Origin: Verrucomicrobiota bacterium
GTDB taxonomy: Bacteria > Verrucomicrobiota > Verrucomicrobiia > Verrucomicrobiales > DEV007
Length of the DNA stretch: 43,451 nt
Reading direction: 5' to 3'
Assembly (NCBI GenBank): GCA_045046875.1
Contig: JASFYY010000042.1
Span: 1-43,451 of the forward strand
The position numbers and the translations under genes are program-made. The notes below the pieces were generated by a model that saw only the letters and a program-made list of their open reading frames with translations, searched no databases and was not told the origin of the DNA. Below are positions 29,758 through 39,188 of this stretch, in pieces (positions within the stretch are counted from its first letter, which is position 1; each line of letters starts with the position of its first letter).

Positions 29758-31821
29758 TTATTGAACAAACAGGAATTCAGGACTGTTCATCAAGGCCCAT
29801 GCCAAATCACTGACCCCTTCATCTCCGAAGTCCTCCATCATTTTCATGCCGAGCTTCAACTCGTCATCCGATGGGTAACGGGACAACATAGTGAAGAAAA
29901 TACCGCGCACCTTGTCATCCGGCGCATCGAGCACCTCCAAGTCCTGCACCACTTTCGACGAACTACCAGTCAAACGTTCGGTCACTCCCCCGTTCATCAA
30001 GGCCAGCACCTGGGGCACCGATCCATCCAACGAATGTTCATCTGTCACCAGGCGATCCGATTGACCAAACGTATCCAACAGCGAAGCCGCGGGTGCGGGT
30101 TGCACCATCTGCGATGCCCGGATCATTTCGACCCGCCCCATCTTAGGAACTGATGGAGCCGAACCTTGCAATTCACCTGGCTCCGATACCACGATGTCTC
30201 CCAAACGACGGAAATTCGCATCGTAAGCCTGGTATTTTGCGAAAATATCTTCAACGCTTTCTTTTTCGAAATCGATCGTCAAAACCGATCTCAAGAATGA
30301 CCCGTCGCGACCTTTCACTTCGTCAATTTTAGGGCCCGATGCGAGTAACATCAGTGAATCCCAAGCCTGCTCTGGTTTCATCCGACGCAAAACCGGTCCG
30401 GCAAACAGATACGCCTTGGTCGTGGCTGGCTCCTCGGTAGTCGCCAATCCCTGATACGCACGGGTATTATATAGAATGCGCATGAACTCACGCAGATCGT
30501 AGTTCACCCGTTTCATTTCACTGGTAACAAAAGCCAACACCTGAGGTTGCCCGCAAACCGAATCCTTCTCAAAATCCGTCACCGGTCCAATCAAAGGTTT
30601 GCCAAAAGCGCGATCCCACATGCGATTGGCGATCACCATCGCAAAACGAGGATTGTCAGCTGAAGTCATCCAGTCGGCCAAAGCCTCACGCCGGGTTTTG
30701 CCACCTTTTTTAGCTGCACCACCAAGCAGGGTTCTCGGCTTCACCACTGCGCCGGGTTTTCCGCCGCTGCCACGGAAATCATGTGGCAACTGGGTTTCCA
30801 GATTTTCTTTATCCTCGACATCCCAACCAATGAAATCCAAATAACGGTAAAAGTTATAAGCTAACTGACGGTTATCTGTCGGCACCCCGTTCTTCTTAGC
30901 ATAAGCCACAAACTCTTTCGTTTTGTTACCACCTTTTTTCCCCATCATGCCACCCATCATACCGCGACCGGCGATGCGTTGGGTATTGCCAAAAAATGCC
31001 GCCATGCGGAAGAAGTCCATCTGTGTCCAATCCGCAAAAGGGTGGTCGTGGCACTGGGCACATGAGATATCAATTCCCAAAAACACCTGGCTGAAATTAG
31101 CAAAAGCATCAAATTCCATGCCTGCATCACGCAGCAAAAAGCCCGAAGCCGGATTTTTTCCGATATTTCCTTTTGCCGTGATCATATTTGTCACAATCTG
31201 GTCATAAGGCGTATTGTTCTCCAACTGCTCCTGCCACCAGTTGATGTAAGGCTCTGCGCGACGGCCCCCACCTTCTCCCATTTTGCCCGTCAAACGGAAC
31301 ATATCGGCAAAATAGTTAAACATGTGCGAGCTGTAACCCGGATGAGTCAACAACTCGTCAATCAATCCCTCGCGTTTGTCCGGACGAGAGCTCTCCGCAA
31401 ATTTCATAAACTCTTCACGAGTCGGGATACGTCCGATAATATCCAAATAAACCCGACGAACAAAAAGATCATCCGGCAGAGCTTCGTTAAAACCTTTCAC
31501 TCCGGCTTTTTTCAGGTTTTTGGCCAACATGCCATCGATGCGTTTGGCCGAAGCCTTGGTCAGGGAATTGTCTCCCACTCCGTTAAATCGCTTGGCGGCT
31601 TCCGAATCCGCCTTGATCAATCGATCCAAGGGAACTTTGACCGTATTGCCATTGTTTAATCTCAGCTCCACTTTGTCGCCATCCAAAGCCACAAAAGCTG
31701 CGTTCAGTTTTTTGCCATCCTTGCTTGTCCACACACGCGCCTGCAAAGAGGGCAGGAGGCATAGTGAAAGTGCAACCATCATCCCAAATTGGGCCATTTT
31801 ACCGAGATACCGAATATTCAT
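29758..31821 (-). CDS. DUF1549/DUF1553 protein with N-terminal SHD1-like domain
   Basis: RVWTSKDGK; FVRRVYLDIIGRIPT; CAQCHDHPF; NP.FA.VIANRMW; WALMNSPEFLF. Start uncertain. Confidence 0.9.
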   Translation of the reverse strand: MNIRYLGKMAQFGMMVALSLCLLPSLQARVWTSKDGKKLNAAFVALDGDKVELRLNNGNTVKVPLDRLIKADSEAAKRFNGVGDNSLTKASAKRIDGMLAKNLKKAGVKGFNEALPDDLFVRRVYLDIIGRIPTREEFMKFAESSRPDKREGLIDELLTHPGYSSHMFNYFADMFRLTGKMGEGGGRRAEPYINWWQEQLENNTPYDQIVTNMITAKGNIGKNPASGFLLRDAGMEFDAFANFSQVFLGIDISCAQCHDHPFADWTQMDFFRMAAFFGNTQRIAGRGMMGGMMGKKGGNKTKEFVAYAKKNGVPTDNRQLAYNFYRYLDFIGWDVEDKENLETQLPHDFRGSGGKPGAVVKPRTLLGGAAKKGGKTRREALADWMTSADNPRFAMVIANRMWDRAFGKPLIGPVTDFEKDSVCGQPQVLAFVTSEMKRVNYDLREFMRILYNTRAYQGLATTEEPATTKAYLFAGPVLRRMKPEQAWDSLMLLASGPKIDEVKGRDGSFLRSVLTIDFEKESVEDIFAKYQAYDANFRRLGDIVVSEPGELQGSAPSVPKMGRVEMIRASQMVQPAPAASLLDTFGQSDRLVTDEHSLDGSVPQVLALMNGGVTERLTGSSSKVVQDLEVLDAPDDKVRGIFFTMLSRYPSDDELKLGMKMMEDFGDEGVSDLAWALMNSPEFLFVQ

Positions 31822-31899
31822 ACGTAGACAGGTTTTTGATTTTTTAATACACAGACTGAGTGAAACCCCGAACAATCAGAGCAACCCTCTTAGTTATCT

Positions 31900-31926
31900 A
31901 TAACGCTAGGAAGTTTTTTTGTTACA
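31900..31926 (-). promoter_or_regulatory. Probable ECF-sigma promoter of the DUF1549/DUF1501 operon
   Basis: TGTAAC-N15-CGTTAT on the - strand. Confidence 0.5.
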
Positions 31927-31955
31927 GGCGATAAAAAAATAACTTTTTTTATCGC

Positions 31956-32210
31956 CTACTCCGCCTCATCCACTTCGACCGCCACATTCAGCCCCGCTCT
32001 TTCAGCTGCCACTCGCACCAAATTACGGATCGCCTCAATCGTATGGCCATTGCGGCCGATCACCCGACCGATGTCGGTCTGATTGAGTCGAATATGAAAC
32101 TCATGCCGTTCTCCCTTCTGTTCGTGCAACACCGAGGCATCCTCCGGATGCTCGATTAGCTTGAGAACAACGTATTCAACAAATTCCTGTATTCCTAAAG
32201 TAGCTTCCAT
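31956..32210 (-). CDS. khpA: KH-domain RNA-binding protein KhpA (UPF0109)
   Basis: DIGRVIGRNGHTIEAIR; lies downstream of rpsP. Confidence 0.9.
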   Translation of the reverse strand: MEATLGIQEFVEYVVLKLIEHPEDASVLHEQKGERHEFHIRLNQTDIGRVIGRNGHTIEAIRNLVRVAAERAGLNVAVEVDEAE

Positions 32211-32352
32211 AGTTCAATTTCACAACGATTCCAAAACGCTCCACCTGGCCGGTGCCGGTGCAGTGGTCTGTTATCCAATCACGGCGAAGCTTTTTTGGGA
32301 AGCACGAAATACAATGAACTGAAAAAATGCCAACGCGGCGCATGCGGGCAAT

Positions 32353-32380
32353 AAAAAACCGCCCTGTATAAGGACGGTCT
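32353..32380 (-). terminator. Rho-independent terminator after rpsP
   Basis: - strand agaccgtcct-tatac-agggcggtt followed by a T run. Confidence 0.75.
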
Positions 32381-32450
32381 AAAACACGTTTTTCCCCGTC
32401 CAATAAAGACAAGGGTCCGCGCCATCTGAAATAGCGTATCGAAGATCCGC

Positions 32451-32708
32451 TTACTCTGCAGCTGCAGCAGCCTTGCGAGCTTTTTTCAACAAGCTGCGCA
32501 CGGTATCCGAAGGCTGGGCGCCTTTTGAAATCCAAGCATCCGCTTTCTCAAGGTCGATCTTGAAATTATCACCTGCTGCCAGAGGATCGTAGGTTCCTAC
32601 AGCTTCGAGGATCCGGCCTTCTTTCGGCGCACGTCCATCCGCAACCACCACACGATAATGTGCCCGGTTCCTTGTCCCTTCACGTTTCAATCTAATTTTT
32701 ACAGCCAT
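32451..32708 (-). CDS. rpsP: 30S ribosomal protein S16
   Basis: [32 protein letters not shown]. Confidence 0.97.
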   Translation of the reverse strand: MAVKIRLKREGTRNRAHYRVVVADGRAPKEGRILEAVGTYDPLAAGDNFKIDLEKADAWISKGAQPSDTVRSLLKKARKAAAAAE

Positions 32709-32795
32709 CTTTGCGTCCTTTACCTATGAGTCCTATCTCGTTCCAAAATTTGAGGACTACCGTTTAAGCTTCTCTGCGAGAAAATCAAGTAGAAC

Positions 32796-34148
32796 TTACA
32801 TGCCAAATCCACCCGGCATGCCTTTACCTCCTCCCATCCCCCCCATTTGAGCCATCATCGCCTTCATTTTGCCCTTACTCTTCATCATTTTCCGCATCAT
32901 CGACACCTGCTTGAGCAAGCCGTTGACCTGTGTCACCGAAGTGCCACTGCCGCGGGCAATGCGTTGACGGCGCCGCCCCTTGATGATTTCCGGCCGGGTA
33001 CGCTCCTTGGCCGTCATCGACAAAATAATCGCCTCCATCTGCTTCATCCGCCGCTCATCAACCTGCATGTTGCCCATTTTTTTGCTCATGCCGGGAATTT
33101 TACCCATCAGGCTCTGCATGCCGCCCATTTTGCTCATCATTTTCATCTGTGACAGCAAATCATTAAAATCAAAACCACCCTTCTGGATCTTTTTGGCCAT
33201 TTTCATGGCCTCGTCCTCATCTATCACCTCCGCCGCCTTTTCCACCAGCCCCACCACGTCCCCCATGCCCAGGATCCGTCCCGCCATGCGATCCGGCACA
33301 AAAACCTCCAACTGCTCCAGCTTCTCCCCCTCCCCGACAAATTTGATCGGCTGCTTGGTCACCGAACGCATCGACAACGCCGCGCCACCACGGGCATCCC
33401 CGTCCAGCTTGGTCAATACAATACCCGTGATCCCCACCGCTTGATCAAAACTGCCCGCCACCTTGACCGCCTGCTGCCCCGTGGCCGAATCGGCGACAAA
33501 CAACACCTCGCCCGGATCGATGAAATCACGCAGCTTTTTCAACTCGGCGACCAAATCATCCTCCACCTCCTGCCGTCCCGCCGTATCAAAAATAATCGCC
33601 GTTCCATTCTGCTGCTCAGCCCAGACCAGTGCCTCCTTGGCCACCTTGAGCACATCCTTGGATCCCGCTTCAGGGCAAAATACCGGCACATCGATCTCAC
33701 GACCCAAAGTCGCCAACTGCTCGATCGCAGCCGGACGAGCCAAATCACAAGCCACCAGCAAAGGACGCCGCCCCTGCTTTTTCAGATGCAGAGCCAGCTT
33801 GGCCGAAGTGGTCGTTTTACCCGCCCCGTTCAGACCCACCATCAGGATCCTCGCCGGAGCATTCAAGTTCAGAGGCGCGGCATCGCCACCGAGCAACTCG
33901 GCCAACTCATCCTGGAAAACCTTCACCATCTGCTGACCAGGTGTCACGCTGCGCAGCACACTCTCTCCCAGAGCTTTTTCCTTCACATTGGCGATGAACT
34001 CCTTCGCCACCGAAAACTCCACATCCGCCTCCAGCAAAGCCAGACGCACATCGCGCATCGCATCGGTGATATTTTTCTCACTCAGCTTGCCGTGACCGCG
34101 CAGCTTCTTAAAAGTATCCTGTAAACTGTCTGAAAGTTGTGAAAACAT
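32796..34148 (-). CDS. ffh: Signal recognition particle protein Ffh
   Basis: ALLEADV, GLNGAGKTTT, DTAGR, TKLDGDARGGAALS, Met-rich M domain. Confidence 0.98.
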   Translation of the reverse strand: MFSQLSDSLQDTFKKLRGHGKLSEKNITDAMRDVRLALLEADVEFSVAKEFIANVKEKALGESVLRSVTPGQQMVKVFQDELAELLGGDAAPLNLNAPARILMVGLNGAGKTTTSAKLALHLKKQGRRPLLVACDLARPAAIEQLATLGREIDVPVFCPEAGSKDVLKVAKEALVWAEQQNGTAIIFDTAGRQEVEDDLVAELKKLRDFIDPGEVLFVADSATGQQAVKVAGSFDQAVGITGIVLTKLDGDARGGAALSMRSVTKQPIKFVGEGEKLEQLEVFVPDRMAGRILGMGDVVGLVEKAAEVIDEDEAMKMAKKIQKGGFDFNDLLSQMKMMSKMGGMQSLMGKIPGMSKKMGNMQVDERRMKQMEAIILSMTAKERTRPEIIKGRRRQRIARGSGTSVTQVNGLLKQVSMMRKMMKSKGKMKAMMAQMGGMGGGKGMPGGFGM

Positions 34149-34212
34149 AATATTATAAATTTAAATCCAAATCAGCGGCTCAAGTCCAGCGCCCAAATCC
34201 CCGCTCAGCTCC

Positions 34213-35664
34213 TTATTTTGACACCGCCGCCGTTTTAGCCCCATTCGCAGTTGTGCCCCTCCCGCCTTCCGGTGCCATCATGCCTTTTACCGGTTTTGCC
34301 TTCAGCTGCAACTTTTTTTGTGGCAAATAATCCGCCTTCAAATCGATCTGGAACTTCCACGCAATCACCTCCGGCTTCTTTCCCCCCTCATGACGCAGCA
34401 CCACCTGGACCAGACAATCCTTACTCCTCAATCGTTGCGGCACCTGATAACGGATCACTCCAGCCGCAGCATCATATTCATGCGGCACCTCTCCCAGACC
34501 CGAAACCCGCATGCGAATGCTCTCCGCATCGACCTCACCGAGCTTGGACACGTTCATTTCTATCAAAGGCAGGCGTTCGGTGATTTTTTTGCCGTCCGCC
34601 GGAGAGGTTGTCACCAGTGGCACTTCAGCTTCACCGGGCTCCGACTTGTCTCCAGCCGCCGCCACCATCAACCGCCGCCCCGAAGCCAGCATCGTCGCCC
34701 CCTTGAAAGTCATTGCCTGGGTAAAATTAGCATCACTGGTGCCATAAATCATATAACGCCCTAGCTCGGCCGGCGGCGAATCCCAATTGGTTTTCTGCTG
34801 ATTCACCGTGAACAGCAACTCATATCCTGCCGCCACCCCACGCTCAGCCACTTGATTGCTGTAGATCCCGTAGGGATAAGCATAGACCTTCATCACCGTG
34901 CCGTATTCAGAGAAATTCTTCATCAGGAAATCATAGGAATCATTAAACTCCTCATCCAGCCAAGCCACATAATCCTCCTCGCTGCGCCCCCCTTTTAACA
35001 ACATGCTCTTATGACTGACACTGTGACTGCCGATCACCCCACCCGCCGCCATGATATCCTTGACCTGGCCATAAGTCAGCGAGCGCCCCCCGATACCGAC
35101 ATATTTTTCATAAAGAAACAGCGTAAACGGATAGCCAAACTCCTTCAATACCGGCAAAGCCAAACTGTGGGTTGCCCTCCAACCGTCATCAATAGTGATC
35201 ATCACACACTGATCAGGAATATTCTTTTTGCTACGCCGCCAGGCCAGAAAATCCTGAATGCTGATCACCGACAGACCCGAGTCCTTGATCATCTGCATCT
35301 GCTCACGGAATTTATCGATATTGAGCACCATGTCCTTTTTCGACACCCCCTCGGTGAAATCGTGATAACCCAAAATCGACACCTGTGCCTCCTTATTGAT
35401 CACCAACTTCATCACCACCGGCTTGGGCGGCGGCGGAATCACCGTGAACGGCTCATCTGCCAGCAAATTCATCAAAGTAGGCTCCACCTCTTCCACCGCC
35501 TCACCGGCTTTCTCCACCTCAGCCACCCGCTTGGCGATCCGGCTCGAAAACTCCTTGGCCTTTTGACAAGAAGCAAAAGCCGCCAAAAACAAACACATCA
35601 AAGAGAGCGACAAAGCTCTCCCTTGTTTTCCTATGATAAAAAATATACGCTTTTGACTCGCCAT
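34213..35664 (-). CDS. Polysaccharide deacetylase lipoprotein with C-terminal Ig-like region
   Basis: ILGYH, ITIDDG, GSHSVSH, YAYPYG; lipobox-like FASC. The ORF-track start at 35748 only translates a repeat. Confidence 0.85.
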   Translation of the reverse strand: MASQKRIFFIIGKQGRALSLSLMCLFLAAFASCQKAKEFSSRIAKRVAEVEKAGEAVEEVEPTLMNLLADEPFTVIPPPPKPVVMKLVINKEAQVSILGYHDFTEGVSKKDMVLNIDKFREQMQMIKDSGLSVISIQDFLAWRRSKKNIPDQCVMITIDDGWRATHSLALPVLKEFGYPFTLFLYEKYVGIGGRSLTYGQVKDIMAAGGVIGSHSVSHKSMLLKGGRSEEDYVAWLDEEFNDSYDFLMKNFSEYGTVMKVYAYPYGIYSNQVAERGVAAGYELLFTVNQQKTNWDSPPAELGRYMIYGTSDANFTQAMTFKGATMLASGRRLMVAAAGDKSEPGEAEVPLVTTSPADGKKITERLPLIEMNVSKLGEVDAESIRMRVSGLGEVPHEYDAAAGVIRYQVPQRLRSKDCLVQVVLRHEGGKKPEVIAWKFQIDLKADYLPQKKLQLKAKPVKGMMAPEGGRGTTANGAKTAAVSK

Positions 35665-35712
35665 TTCCCTAGCCCGATTCCTTGACACTATAACTCGAAC
35701 GACAGGAAATTC

Positions 35713-36212
35713 ACCACGGATTTCACGGATGGCACGGATATTTTTCACTCCAAGGATTTTTCAGAACGGATCAAGAACTCAAAAAACACCACTGCCAGTG
35801 GAGTTAAAAAAAGCGTTATCCAAACCAACAACGGACAATGGCAAATCGAAATGCAGGACATGTTCGGAAAAACCAATAGCTACCCCCTTGATTCCTTCAC
35901 AAGCAAAATCAAAAAAATCGCTGTTCACAAAAATCCCCTCTAAGGGTTTTTCGCCTCATTTCACAACGACCAAAAAACGCACCATCGTAAAATAGTCGCC
36001 AAAAATGAAAACCGAGCTACGCCTCTACGATTCCCTATTGGCAGAACATTTGACCCATGAGCGGCAGATGACCTGCATCAGTGGCTCCAGGCAGACTGCT
36101 TCGCCAAACCCGGCGCTCCCATAATAGTTCCCGCCAAAACCTTTTTATCCCAACTGCTCTGATCCCCTACTTTTCATCCCTCTTATCCGCGCGCATCCGC
36201 GAAATCCGCGGT
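35713..36212. repeat. Long-range inverted repeat pair (CGGAT-unit arms) enclosing about 440 bp
   Basis: accacggatttcacggatggcacggata (35713-35740) and tatccgcgcgcatccgcgaaatccgcggt (36184-36212). Confidence 0.8.
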
Positions 36213-36239
36213 CAACCTCTTCCACTCTTCAAGGAGTCT

Positions 36240-37274
36240 CTAAAAACCCCGCCACTGCTCCAACACCTTCATCGCCGCCCCGCTATCCACCTGCTCACCC
36301 GCCAACACCAACCCCTCGCTCAAATCCGCAGCTTTACCCGTCACCACCAAACCCGCTGCCGCATTCAGCAGCACCATATCCCGCTTCGCACCTCTCAACT
36401 CCCCCGCCAGAATCCCCCGCAACAAAGCCGCATTCTCCACCGCATCACCGCCCTTCAGATCCTCCACATTACTCAGGCTCAATCCCAAATCCGCAGGCTC
36501 GATCGTCTGCGATGATTTCTCCCCTCCACAACTTTTCCAAATCTGCGTCGACCCACACACCGACATCTCATCCATGCCCTCGCCCTGCGCCGTCTTGCCA
36601 TGCACCGCCCAAGCATTTTTCCTACCCAGCCGAGTAAGAATATCGGCAAAAACCGGAGCCAGCTGCTGATCAAAAACCCCGATCACCTGATAATCCGGAC
36701 GCACCGGATTGAGCAAGGGCCCCAGGATATTAAAAATCGTGCGCTGACCACGATCCGCCAACATTTTCCGCACCGGCACCACCGCCTTGAACGCCGGATG
36801 ATACATCGGCGCAAACAAAAACCCCACACCCACCTGCTTCACACACTCAGCGAATTCCTCCGGAGCCATGTCGATACGAATCCCCAAAGCCTCCAGCACA
36901 TCCGCACCTCCACTTTTTGAAGTGATACCACGATTGCCGTGTTTCACCACCTTCACCCCCGCCGCCGCTAACACAAAAATAGTCGCTGTCGATATGTTAA
37001 ACAAATCCAACTTGTCCCCACCCGTGCCACAGACATCCAACACCGGACCATCAAGCTGATCCGCTGAAATACCCGGATCCACCGCACGTCCAAGAAAAGT
37101 CTGCACAAAAGCCGCGATCTCCCCCGGAGTCTCGCCCCTACTCGCCAGTTCACTCAGAAACTCGGCTTTATCCTCCGGCGATGTTTTTTCATCCAATAAA
37201 AAATCACCCGCCACAGCCACCTGATCCGAATCGAGCGGCTGCCCTTGTTTTACTTGCTCTATTAAATCTCTCAT
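36240..37274 (-). CDS. trpD: Anthranilate phosphoribosyltransferase
   Basis: DVCGTGGD..FNIST, KHGNRGITSKSG.ADVLEALG, RTIFNILGPL.NP, GMDE. Confidence 0.97.
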   Translation of the reverse strand: MRDLIEQVKQGQPLDSDQVAVAGDFLLDEKTSPEDKAEFLSELASRGETPGEIAAFVQTFLGRAVDPGISADQLDGPVLDVCGTGGDKLDLFNISTATIFVLAAAGVKVVKHGNRGITSKSGGADVLEALGIRIDMAPEEFAECVKQVGVGFLFAPMYHPAFKAVVPVRKMLADRGQRTIFNILGPLLNPVRPDYQVIGVFDQQLAPVFADILTRLGRKNAWAVHGKTAQGEGMDEMSVCGSTQIWKSCGGEKSSQTIEPADLGLSLSNVEDLKGGDAVENAALLRGILAGELRGAKRDMVLLNAAAGLVVTGKAADLSEGLVLAGEQVDSGAAMKVLEQWRGF

Positions 37275-37323
37275 CAATACCCCTTCACACTTTTTCTAAA
37301 ACCCATGCTCGCCAAAGCCAGCT

Positions 37324-37369
37324 ATTGCGCAAGTCCATAATTGCGCAATGCCCTCAACAAGGCTAAATT
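37324..37369. promoter_or_regulatory. Divergent promoter region with a double palindrome
   Basis: attgcgcaa-N8-ttgcgcaat; the second copy is the -35 of TTGCGC-N17-TAAATT. Confidence 0.5.
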
Positions 37370-37390
37370 AACCCGCACTCATTTATCATC

Positions 37391-37951
37391 ATGTCGTCCA
37401 TCGAGGAAAATAACAGCGCTTCTCTGCAAGGCAGCATCATACTCGCCGATCCGAGCCTGCGCGAACCCACCTTCCGCCACAGCGTGCTGCTGCTCACCGA
37501 ACACAGCGAAGACGAAGGCGCACACGGCTACATTCTCAACCGCCCGCTGGGCAAATCCGTCGGTGACTTATTACCCGCCGAAGAATTCGAATCACTCGCC
37601 GACGTGCCAGTCTTCATCGGCGGCCCGGTCAGCACCGAGCACCTCACCTTCGGCTCCATCGCCTGGTCAGATGGATTGAAAACCCTCCAGTTCACCAGCC
37701 ACCTCTCTGCCAAACAAGCCTTGCGCCATCAAATCGAAGGATTCTCCATCCGCGCTTTTGTCGGATACTCCGGCTGGGGCGAAGGCCAGCTCGAATCCGA
37801 GCTCCAGCAAAAAACCTGGATCACCCACAAACCCGAAAAACGAGTGCTCGACCTCGACGAACTCGACACCCTGTGGAACCGACTGCTGAAAGAAATGAGC
37901 CCCTGGCACGCCCTGCTCGCCGACGAACCCGACGACCTCTCATTGAACTAA
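37391..37951 (+). CDS. YqgE/AlgH (UPF0301) family protein
   Basis: F.HSVLLL.EH, GYILNRP, GGPV, GYSGWGEGQLESE, W. Confidence 0.93.
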   Translation: MSSIEENNSASLQGSIILADPSLREPTFRHSVLLLTEHSEDEGAHGYILNRPLGKSVGDLLPAEEFESLADVPVFIGGPVSTEHLTFGSIAWSDGLKTLQFTSHLSAKQALRHQIEGFSIRAFVGYSGWGEGQLESELQQKTWITHKPEKRVLDLDELDTLWNRLLKEMSPWHALLADEPDDLSLN

Positions 37952-37960
37952 ATCCCCCCC

Positions 37961-37994
37961 GTAGGACAAATTTCCATATTTGTCCTCCCCCTAC
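37961..37994. repeat. GTAG-type REP-like palindrome between convergent genes
   Basis: Starts GTAG; stem aggacaaat...atttgtcct; closing CTAC at 37991-37994. Confidence 0.6.
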
Positions 37995-37997
37995 AGC

Positions 37998-38471
37998 TCA
38001 CAGCTCCAACACCGGCACGCTACGCGTACCCGTATCATTCGGATCAAACTGCGAAGTCTTGGCCGAACCCTCCACCAACACATAAGCCGGCTTGCCATTG
38101 ATCTGGGCCACACTCATGCGCAGATGATAAAACCCCGCAATTTTCCTCAAAATATCGCGCCGTGAAATATCAGGCGAATTCAAACTGAACAGCGGTGACT
38201 CCCTGGCAATATGACGGAATTCGTAACGGATATCAGAAATCGGTTGCTGCTCAAAAAGCAAATCGAGAGTCATTTTGCGATACTCCACCTCAAAAGTCTC
38301 ATCCAACCAGACGTTCAAAGGGCCATGACTCGATTTCAAAAAAGAAGCCCCATGATTCGACTTGCCCCCTTTACCCCCACCCTTACCCGCCCCGCCATTC
38401 TGACACCCCGTCATCAGCAGAACTCCCAACAGAGCCCCACAGCATCCCATCCATAACATCTTCCGCTTCAT
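37998..38471 (-). CDS. Hypothetical lipoprotein
   Basis: Lipobox LMTGC, Gly/Lys linker, small globular domain. Confidence 0.78.
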   Translation of the reverse strand: MKRKMLWMGCCGALLGVLLMTGCQNGGAGKGGGKGGKSNHGASFLKSSHGPLNVWLDETFEVEYRKMTLDLLFEQQPISDIRYEFRHIARESPLFSLNSPDISRRDILRKIAGFYHLRMSVAQINGKPAYVLVEGSAKTSQFDPNDTGTRSVPVLEL

Positions 38472-38621
38472 AAGTGTCGAACCTTAACCAAACTTCACCA
38501 AAAAGTCGCTAACAAAATAAGCCAGTGCTCATTCATCACCCAACTGCCCACTCAACCATTTTTCTGTTTACCATTTCACTTTTTTGCCCGAATTTGCATC
38601 CTGAAAAAAATCACACTGCCC

Positions 38622-39188
38622 ATGCCCACCGACCCAGACACCTCCAACCCGTGGATCACCCACAGCACCCGCGACATCTACGACAATGCGTGGATCCACC
38701 TTGAGGAAAACCAGGTCACCAATCCCAGCGGAGGCGAAGGAATCTACGGAGTCGTTCACTACAAAAACCGCGCCGTCGGCGTTGTACCGATCGACGAAGA
38801 TGGCAACACCTGGTTGGTTGGCCAATACCGCTACCCCACGGAGACCTACGAGTGGGAAATCCCCGAAGGCGGCTGCGCCGAAGGCGAAGACCTGCTCGAC
38901 GCCGCCCAACGCGAACTGCTCGAAGAAACCGGATTGATCGCACAAAGCTACACCCCCATCCTAAGCCACCTGCAATTATCCAACTCCGTCAGCGACGAAC
39001 GCGCCTTTCTCTACACCGCGCGTCATCTCACCATGACCAAAGCCCAACCCGAGCCCACCGAAAAAATATCCATCCGCAAACTACCTCTCCGCGAAGCCTT
39101 CAACATGGTCGACCGTGGTGAGATCGTCGATATGATGTCGGTAACGGCCTTGCTGAAACTGCGCACTGAAATGCAGTCGCCGGATTAA
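38622..39188 (+). CDS. NUDIX hydrolase (ADP-ribose pyrophosphatase-like)
   Basis: Nudix box GGCAEGEDLLDAAQRELLEETG; QYRYP, WEIPEG. Confidence 0.93.
   Translation: MPTDPDTSNPWITHSTRDIYDNAWIHLEENQVTNPSGGEGIYGVVHYKNRAVGVVPIDEDGNTWLVGQYRYPTETYEWEIPEGGCAEGEDLLDAAQRELLEETGLIAQSYTPILSHLQLSNSVSDERAFLYTARHLTMTKAQPEPTEKISIRKLPLREAFNMVDRGEIVDMMSVTALLKLRTEMQSPD

Noticed and set aside
32211..32795. SRP RNA or other known ncRNA near ffh/rpsP
   Set aside because: No SRP helix-8 motif recognised; only a terminator and weak hairpins.
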